A stretch of DNA of 64,000 nucleotides from NCBI GenBank assembly GCA_963766185.1, contig CAVXZU010000012.1, positions 18,212 to 82,211 on the forward strand, in the 5' to 3' direction. The stretch is from an uncultured delta proteobacterium (GTDB lineage: Bacteria; Desulfobacterota; Desulfobaccia; Desulfobaccales; 0-14-0-80-60-11). Made by a program: the position numbers and the translations under genes. The notes under the pieces were generated by a model. The model made no database searches. It saw nothing but the letters and a program-made list of their open reading frames with translations, and was not told the origin of the DNA. This document shows positions 57,473 through 64,000 of the stretch, one piece after another. Numbering within the stretch: position 1 is the first letter of the stretch; every line of letters starts with the position of its first letter.

Positions 57473-59401
57473 TCAATCGCCTCCCCCTGGGAAAATATCC
57501 GGCGGGGCTTGCGGAAACCTTTTCTTAAGTTTTGTCACGTAACCGGGGCCGGATAAGGGATCCGGCTTGCCTTTTTCCGTGCGGGTGTAGGCCCTTACCT
57601 TCCAAGAACCCTCCTGCCGGTGCAAGAGCGCATATACCGGCGCATATTGAATTTCCCCATCTCTGGACTGCGGCACGGCGGCAACCCACGCCCAACCATT
57701 ATTCACCTTGAGATCTTTCACCACATAGCTGATTCTCAACATTTTTGACGGGTCCATGTACTGCCGCAACGTAACGAACAGGGCCTTGCGCTCGGCACTC
57801 TCTCTTGGCGGTGTGTAGGCGCTGGTTGAAAGCGGAGGTGTGACTCGGGCTTTGATTCCGGTCTTTGGCTGAACCTCACCCTTCTTGGCTGCCTGGATCT
57901 CCCCTGAAGATTTCGGGAGCCGGGATTTCTCAGCGGCGCCGAGGGTGATTTCTTCGAAGGTTTTGGGGACATTCTGAGCCGCTGGGCCCTTTTCAGGAGG
58001 TTTGGGAACATTTCTAGCCGCAGGGATTTCAGAGGGCTTTGGGACACTTTTGGCCACAAGGTGCGGTTCAGGGGCCTTCGAAACATCTTTAGGCGCCAGG
58101 ACCTTTTCAGGAGCTTTGGAAACATCCTTTGCCGCTGGGATTCCAGAGGGCTTTGGGACACTCTTGCCCCCTGGGAAAATATCGGGCGGGGCTTCAGGAA
58201 ATCGTTTGGTAAGTCTTTCCACGTAACCTGTGCTGACTAAGAAATCCGGATTATTATTTTTCGGCTGGGTGCGGGCCTCAACCTGCCAAGTACCACCTTG
58301 TTGGTGCATGAGCGCATATACCGGCGAATATTGAATTTCCCCATCCTGGGACTGAGGCACGGCGGCAACCCACGCCCAACCATTATTCACCTTGAGAGAT
58401 TTTACCACGAAGCTCAATCTCAAAATTCTTGACGGGTCCATTTCCTGAGCCAAAGCGAAGAACAAGGACTTGCGCTCGAAACTCTCTCTCGGCGGCGTGT
58501 AGGCGCTGGTTGCAGGGGGAGGATTGACTCGGCCCTTGACCTCGGCCTTCACCTGAACCTCAGCCTTCTTGACTTCCCCGATCTTCTCTGAAGATTTCGG
58601 GGGCTGGGCTTGCTTGGTGGCGCCGAGTTTGATTTCTGCAAATTTTTTGGAGACATCCGTAGCTGCCGGGACCTGTGCAGCAGCCTTGGGGACATCCTTA
58701 GCCGCGGGGGCTTTCTCAGGAGCCTTAGGGACATCCTTGGCCACGGGGGGTTCAGGGGGCTTTGGGGCACTCTTGGCCGCGATAACCCGTTCGGGGGCTT
58801 TCGAACGACCCTTGGCCGCCTCGCTATAGGCTTCAAATATGAGGTTGCCCAACGGTTCATGCCGTTTATGGGGGTTATCTTTCAGGTATTGGCTAATAAT
58901 AACTTCCCCCTGGCGATAGCTCGTCTGGGCCAGGCTCTTATAAAAATCTTTCAGCCCATCTGGATTCTTGAACGCCTGTTGCGCCCCGGCAAGAAACCCA
59001 GCCGAATAACCTTTCAGGTACATTAACCTCTGTCCACGATTAAATTCCTTCCATACGGCTCCCTGCCGCCACCAGTCGGCCCCTAGGCCGAGGTTGGCGC
59101 TCACCAATAACCCCAGAATCAGCATCCCGGCCACCGCCGCCCGGCCGCAAAAACGCCGGCGCCATCCTCCCCGGGCCGGGGCCGCCAAAGTTCCCATCCG
59201 GGAATGTGGCGCCTCATAACCTTCCCGGGAAATTGTCCTGGTCGGGCCGGATCCAACCCTCTTAGGGATAGTGTCTTTATCTAACATAACCAACTCCTGA
59301 AAAGAGAATGTGGCCTCAGAACCAGCCTGTGCGCCCTCCAACCCGAAATATCCGGCTGACGCTTTGAAGAGGCCGGCACCGCCTGAGTTTATCGTTGCCA
59401 A
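57473..59401 (-). CDS. Membrane-anchored protein with an internal tandem duplication of a ~230-aa module, unknown function
   Basis: Two copies of ...PPRES.ERK.LF..L...MDPS..LR.S.VVK.LKVNNGWAWVAAVPQS.DGEIQY.PVYAL.H...G.W.V...FP.APPDIFPGG, each preceded by KDV(S/P)KAPEK-type repeats. There is a TM segment near AVAGMLILGLLVSANLG. The true start is probably internal. Confidence 0.6.
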   Translation of the reverse strand: MATINSGGAGLFKASAGYFGLEGAQAGSEATFSFQELVMLDKDTIPKRVGSGPTRTISREGYEAPHSRMGTLAAPARGGWRRRFCGRAAVAGMLILGLLVSANLGLGADWWRQGAVWKEFNRGQRLMYLKGYSAGFLAGAQQAFKNPDGLKDFYKSLAQTSYRQGEVIISQYLKDNPHKRHEPLGNLIFEAYSEAAKGRSKAPERVIAAKSAPKPPEPPVAKDVPKAPEKAPAAKDVPKAAAQVPAATDVSKKFAEIKLGATKQAQPPKSSEKIGEVKKAEVQVKAEVKGRVNPPPATSAYTPPRESFERKSLFFALAQEMDPSRILRLSFVVKSLKVNNGWAWVAAVPQSQDGEIQYSPVYALMHQQGGTWQVEARTQPKNNNPDFLVSTGYVERLTKRFPEAPPDIFPGGKSVPKPSGIPAAKDVSKAPEKVLAPKDVSKAPEPHLVAKSVPKPSEIPAARNVPKPPEKGPAAQNVPKTFEEITLGAAEKSRLPKSSGEIQAAKKGEVQPKTGIKARVTPPLSTSAYTPPRESAERKALFVTLRQYMDPSKMLRISYVVKDLKVNNGWAWVAAVPQSRDGEIQYAPVYALLHRQEGSWKVRAYTRTEKGKPDPLSGPGYVTKLKKRFPQAPPDIFPGGGD

Positions 59402-60459
59402 AGAGATGGCGGTTTGCCAGGCATATCCGTTAAAATCAGTTTGAACTATTTTAACAAGAGGGGATATCCGTTTAGAACATCATACCAGAATTTGGATTGA
59501 AATGGCAGCCGGACATCTGCCTGATTTTATTAAATATAATCTACAACATGGCAAAAATGGCTTATATGCGCCGGTTTTCCCCGGCAAAATCTTTTGGTCT
59601 TCCCAGTCTCCTGAAGATCCTGAGGCCCAATTGCTTTCTTTTCGCCGGGTCATTGGTGTCCGGGGCAGGCCGAATCGGCAAGTCCTGGGGCAACTGCCAG
59701 TTTAGCAAAGCCGGTCCCCGGGAGGTGGAACCTCTGGCCTCCCGGTCCTCTGATGACCTGGAGCTGCTCGTCATTCACCCGGAGGACTGGTTTGTGGCGA
59801 GCTCCCCGAGTTGGGACCGCGGCTATTCACGCCCGGGAGAAGATCATATTCCAGGCTGGGGACAAAGTAATCGGGGGTTGGCCAGCCTCCGGGAAAGCCG
59901 GCAAGAGACCTGCACCATTAACCCCCTGGCATTGTTTCGAGGCTGAGTTGCCGTCTGGAAACCATCAGGATTCTCGCGGGTTCCCCTGTCGGGGTGAGGT
60001 TTACAGCCAATCAGAACGGCATCAGGCTGTTGCCTCGGCCTTGCTGTTCTCGCGACCAAGCCAAACGTCCATCGCCTCAATGGCTTTCGAGACCACCGGA
60101 TACCCAAAGCCGAACTGGTCAGATAGAATATTCTTGACTCCTCACCGAAGATATTTTAAATTTCCATTAACATTTGACCACCATCGGCGAGCCCCCGAAG
60201 GGGGGACCGGCTTAAAATCCGGGAATTATAGCGCCTTACCCATTCTATCGTCTGGAGAGCGAAGCTGGCATGATAATCTTCGCGCTCTCCAGCTTCGTTA
60301 AGAATGTTATTATTTCCTTGACACCGCAACGGAAGAAAATTAGGATCGAGTATACAACATAATTGACAATTGACCTCGTGGTAAGGAGGAGAGAAGTTTC
60401 TTGGGGGCCTTCTGGGAGGGCGCAGGGGCAATTATGATGGCAAACTCTTTTTTAAAAGA

Positions 60460-60469
60460 GGGGGGGGGG
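60460..60469 (+). repeat. G10 homopolymer 2 nt upstream of the OMP start codon
   Basis: gag-gggggggggg-aa-ATG, read directly. Confidence 0.9.
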
Positions 60470-60471
60470 AA

Positions 60472-61533
60472 ATGAGAGCAGTAATCATTATACTATTGAG
60501 TCTGGCCGTGTTAACGCCAGCTGTACCGGCCTGGAGCGACGAACCAAGTAACCCGACTGTAGGGACGGAGCGGGAGCAGGAGAAAAAGGCCGCGCGTCCA
60601 TTAACGGCATTGACTGATAAAGGCGTAACCACCACTACCGCACCTTCCAAGTTCCGTCTGATCCTTGAACCGTCCTTCGAATATGACCACTTTTCCGGCC
60701 AAAATGTCGCCATCAGCGGCTTTACCATCTTTGAAGCTATCCTGATAGGCCAATTGGTGGTGGAAAAAATCAAGCGGGATATTTATATCCCTGCCATGAC
60801 CGTACGCCTGGGATACAAGGATGCTGAACTAAGTGTCAGAATTCCTTACCTGTTTCGCCACGATCAATCGGCTTTCCCGTCATCTGGCGGAAGCGGGCAA
60901 ATTGAGCAGAGAACCTTTGATGACAACGGGCTCGGTGATATTCAACCCAATTTCTATTACCACGCAATCAGCGAAGGAAAGTGGCGGCCGTGGGTTCCGG
61001 ATGTTATCCTCCGTATGGGAGCAAGTTTCCCCACTGGACAAAATCCTTATGACTTAACCAGGGAAACTGTCCCCGGCTTGGGTTTGGTGACTACGTCGTT
61101 TCCCACCGGAACTGGCCACTATGGGCTGGTGTGGGGCGCGACCTTGGTTAAGAGTGCCGATCCGGTAATCCTGTTCATGAGCGCGGCCTATTATTACAAC
61201 TTCGCTCGCCATGTGGGCACTGCCGGTGATCCGCCCATCGACTTCGGTGACATCAAGATCGGCAACAGCTTTGAATACAACATCGGCTTTGTCCTGGCCT
61301 TGCAGGAAAAATTCTCGGTAAACTTCGCCCTTAACCAGAGGATTTTTGGGAGAACCACACAAAACGGCAACCCGTTACCGGACTCCAACATCAATGCCAT
61401 TGCGTTTAATATCGGGGCCACTTACGTGGTCTCACCCAGGTTCTCCCTGGACTTCTTGGTCGGGATCGGCCTGACCCAGGACGCCCCGGATGCCAGTATC
61501 CTCGTGCGGATGCCCACGACCTTCTTGTTTTAA
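60472..61533 (+). CDS. Outer-membrane beta-barrel protein (MetA-pathway/transporter-like family suspected)
   Basis: Signal peptide (LSLAVLTPAVPAWS), alternating strands, and the C-terminal PTTFLF. Confidence 0.65.
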   Translation: MRAVIIILLSLAVLTPAVPAWSDEPSNPTVGTEREQEKKAARPLTALTDKGVTTTTAPSKFRLILEPSFEYDHFSGQNVAISGFTIFEAILIGQLVVEKIKRDIYIPAMTVRLGYKDAELSVRIPYLFRHDQSAFPSSGGSGQIEQRTFDDNGLGDIQPNFYYHAISEGKWRPWVPDVILRMGASFPTGQNPYDLTRETVPGLGLVTTSFPTGTGHYGLVWGATLVKSADPVILFMSAAYYYNFARHVGTAGDPPIDFGDIKIGNSFEYNIGFVLALQEKFSVNFALNQRIFGRTTQNGNPLPDSNINAIAFNIGATYVVSPRFSLDFLVGIGLTQDAPDASILVRMPTTFLF

Positions 61534-61566
61534 AGGCCCTGGGCTCACCGGGTTGCATCGGGCGAA

Positions 61567-62331
61567 TTAGCGGGGTTGGTTTCTGACTTTTCTCAGAATC
61601 GCCTGATAAGAAGCATCTCCCCAACCTGAGAGGCGGCCATTCTCAAAGACTAAGGGGGTTAAGACCTGATGGCCGCCCGGGTCCCCCAACCGGTAAGTCC
61701 ATATCACGGCTTGCTTCCCATCAACCAAAAACCCCTCCGTACGCTCTGGCAGCCCCAGGAGACGGGTAACCTCTGCCTTACTCATGCCCAGTTCCAAACA
61801 CGCAGCTTCCTTCATGCCCTTATGAGCCGCAACCGCTGCGGACGCCTTGGAAACGATGGGCTCAGTCTTCTGAGGGGCCGCAGGTTGCGGAACCGCGGTC
61901 TCTAGAGGTTTCTTGGCGGCCGCCTCCAGGGGGAGGGGGGAGGGAGCTTGAGGCCGCGCCGGGGCCGGGGCCGCAGCTACCTGGACAGATTCCTTATCAG
62001 GGTTGAAGAGAAACTTTCTTTTGCCATAAGGATAATACTTGGTCTTTTCCACCTTACCCTGGGGACTTATCCAGTAATACGTCTGCTCCGGTTTATCCCA
62101 GGTTCCGCCCCCCATGATCGCCACCTGATCCATGCGGTGATTTTCATAGACGAAAATCTTCCCACCCTCGGCCGTAGGAATGATCTGTTGCGGCCGCCCT
62201 TTCTCGGCGACCAGTTGCGCTTCCTGCATTCCCACCACGTCTGCGGAGTTTCCGTTAACCTGTCCGGTGGCGCAGCCTCCCACCACCAAAAGCACAATTA
62301 ACCCCAGGCTCAGAAGACTTTCCCGTCCCAT
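61567..62331 (-). CDS. Lipoprotein with two SmpA/OmlA(BamE)-like segments joined by an Ala/Pro-rich linker
   Basis: VVGGC lipobox, GMQEAQLVAEKGRP... and GMSKAEVTRLLGLPE... The family call is tentative. Confidence 0.55.
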   Translation of the reverse strand: MGRESLLSLGLIVLLVVGGCATGQVNGNSADVVGMQEAQLVAEKGRPQQIIPTAEGGKIFVYENHRMDQVAIMGGGTWDKPEQTYYWISPQGKVEKTKYYPYGKRKFLFNPDKESVQVAAAPAPARPQAPSPLPLEAAAKKPLETAVPQPAAPQKTEPIVSKASAAVAAHKGMKEAACLELGMSKAEVTRLLGLPERTEGFLVDGKQAVIWTYRLGDPGGHQVLTPLVFENGRLSGWGDASYQAILRKVRNQPR

Positions 62332-62765
62332 TTTTCCTCCTCATAAAGATTATATGATGATGAGCTGCATCGTATCATTTGTTCACTCTCTTAGCCATCC
62401 TGTCTAACGATCTGAACGCTTCCGGACAAAAAATAAGACCCCTAAAATCCAACTTGGCTAAAATACCTTATAATCCAATTGGTTACAAAAGTTGGCACAA
62501 TTGCTGCACGTTTTTTAAATAATCACATTTAATTAAACAATTGTTGACAATTGTTATATTTTTATTTAATAATGACTACGATCCTTGACTGATCTCTCGC
62601 CATTCATCATATTTTCTATCGAGAGGTTGGATCCGGGTGGTTGGGGGTGTCGAACCAAAAGGTAATTGGGCAATTGGTACCGTTGAGCACGCGGGTAATC
62701 CCCCGTTCGCGATATACCTGATCAATGGTGCTTGACCCAAGGGTTTTTTACATTGGAGGGTTACC

Positions 62766-64000
62766 ATGCGGAGAGCGCCACGGATTATCGTGGATCTACC
62801 GGTAAGCCTGTATGTGTCAAGCCAAACGGTTAAAGGCCGGATCACTGATTTGAGTCTCACCGGTGCCCATATCGCCTTGCCGGAGAAAGTGAAGCTGCAT
62901 GTCCCTATTATCGACCTAAAATTTCCCCTTTTTTCCACAAAGTCTCCTAATATAGAAGTGTTAGCCCGGCTCGTCCGCCCCTCCGCTTCCGGGGTCGGGG
63001 TTGAATTTCTTGATCTCGATCACCACACCCGGTCCCGGTTATGGGATGCCCTGCTGCCTCTCCTGCCCCGCCACTTCCCGGCCTGCCCGTTCTGCGGCAA
63101 GGAAATCAAAGGGCGTAGCGTCAAGGTCTGCCCAGGGTGCCAATTGCCCCAGGATCTCCATGTAATTGGATACCAGGATTGGTTAGGTGATGTCAACTCC
63201 GGAGAACCCGAAGAAATGGTTGGGGTGTCCGAACCCATGCGCCAGGTGTTCAACCTGATTCGCAAGATAGCCGCCACCGATCTGCCGGTACTCATAACCG
63301 GAGCCAGCGGCACCGGCAAAGAAATGGTCGCGAGGAGCATTCATCAACGGAGCCTGCGGGCCGACGGGCCTTTCGTGGCAATTAACTGTGCCGCCATCCC
63401 CAGGGAACTGTTGGAATCCGAGCTTTTCGGTCATGAAAAAGGGGCCTTCACCGGGGCCTACCGAACTTCCGTCGGCACGGTGGAACGGGCCCAGGGAGGC
63501 ACCCTCTTTTTGGATGAAGTGGGGGAACTTCCCCTGGAACTCCAGGTCAAATTGCTCCGGTTCCTCCAGGAATTCACCTTTGAACGGGTGGGGGGCCACA
63601 AGACCAGGGAGGCGGACCTGCGCGTCATTTCCGCCACCAACTGCGATCTGACGGCCTCGATCGCCGAGGGCAGCTTCCGGGAGGATCTCTATTATCGCAT
63701 CGACGTCTTGAGCATCGAGCTGCCCCCCTTGAAGGATCGCGACGATGACCTGTTGATCATGGCTACGATCTTCTTGAAACGGTACTCCTCCCGGGTGGGG
63801 AAAAAAGATCTGAGATTCTCAAAGGAGGCCATGACCGCCATCCAGGCCCACCACTGGCCGGGAAATATTCGCGAACTCGCTAACCGCATCCGCCGCAGCG
63901 TGGTGATGGCGGACGGTCACTTGATTGCTCCCGAGCATTTAGGCATTGTGGTTTCCCATCTTGCCCCCGAACCGTATTGCGATGGGCTGAGCCTCAAAGA
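62766..64000 (+). CDS. Sigma-54-dependent transcriptional activator with an N-terminal PilZ domain and a zinc ribbon (3' end outside the window)
   Basis: PilZ motifs RRAPR and DLSLTGA. Zinc ribbon CPFCG...CPGC. AAA+ part ITGASGTGKE, GAFTGA loop (HEKGAFTGA), FLDEVGEL, WPGNIREL. Confidence 0.85.
   Translation, partial: MRRAPRIIVDLPVSLYVSSQTVKGRITDLSLTGAHIALPEKVKLHVPIIDLKFPLFSTKSPNIEVLARLVRPSASGVGVEFLDLDHHTRSRLWDALLPLLPRHFPACPFCGKEIKGRSVKVCPGCQLPQDLHVIGYQDWLGDVNSGEPEEMVGVSEPMRQVFNLIRKIAATDLPVLITGASGTGKEMVARSIHQRSLRADGPFVAINCAAIPRELLESELFGHEKGAFTGAYRTSVGTVERAQGGTLFLDEVGELPLELQVKLLRFLQEFTFERVGGHKTREADLRVISATNCDLTASIAEGSFREDLYYRIDVLSIELPPLKDRDDDLLIMATIFLKRYSSRVGKKDLRFSKEAMTAIQAHHWPGNIRELANRIRRSVVMADGHLIAPEHLGIVVSHLAPEPYCDGLSLK

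Noticed and set aside
62493-62507. Sigma-54 promoter-like ttggcacaattgctgca upstream of the PilZ activator gene.
   Set aside because: GG and GC are 9 nt apart instead of the obligatory 12 (TGGCAC-N5-TTGC), so it cannot be a functional -24/-12 element. Other TGGCAC strings (2238, 9977, 10042, 39975) belong to the palindromic modules and lack TTGC.

Overview
This window is 64 kb of a GC-rich, gene-dense bacterial chromosome. Gene content suggests an anaerobe, possibly Desulfobacterota-like, but that is inference only. All product calls come from reading motifs in the supplied translations; no search was run.

I can support about 55 protein genes, and most are housekeeping:
- Chaperones and stress: groES-groEL behind a perfect CIRCE operator, rpoH, a CspA-family gene and an RRM RNA-binding protein.
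- Translation and tRNA modification: rimO, tsaE and an EF-G paralog.
- Metabolism: hisH-hisF, nnr, an ispB-like prenyl synthase, mog plus a MOSC protein, and a B12-binding corrinoid protein.
- Selenium: a selenocysteine-containing selD, which the ORF track splits at an in-frame TGA.
- Signalling: a Cache hybrid kinase, a CheY-like regulator, a REC-HD-GYP protein, and a PilZ/zinc-ribbon/sigma-54 activator that runs off the 3' end.

RNA genes: one intact tRNA-Pro(GGG), followed by a truncated tyrosine-integrase fragment and an AT-richer accessory segment (56.4-62.7 kb), plus an orphan 3' half of a tRNA-Leu(UAA)-like gene.

Intergenic DNA is saturated with GC-rich palindromic modules and at least two MITE-like families with terminal inverted repeats (130 nt and 87-159 nt). 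Tandem heptamer tracts also occur.

Several genes carry frameshifts: HAD, DUF2971, the groEL tail, a hybrid kinase with at least 5 shifts, oppB, and a HEPN-like gene. These are either assembly indels or real decay.

I see no CRISPR array, rRNA, intact transposase, reverse transcriptase or complete known defence system. I cannot point to one clearly novel complete system. The best leads are:
- the selD-apgM-like-nucleotidyltransferase coupling;
- the repeat-bracketed wHTH-AAA+ gene;
- the modular TIR repeat families;
- the tRNA-Pro island, with an internally duplicated membrane protein, a poly-G tract at an outer-membrane-protein start, and a structured leader.
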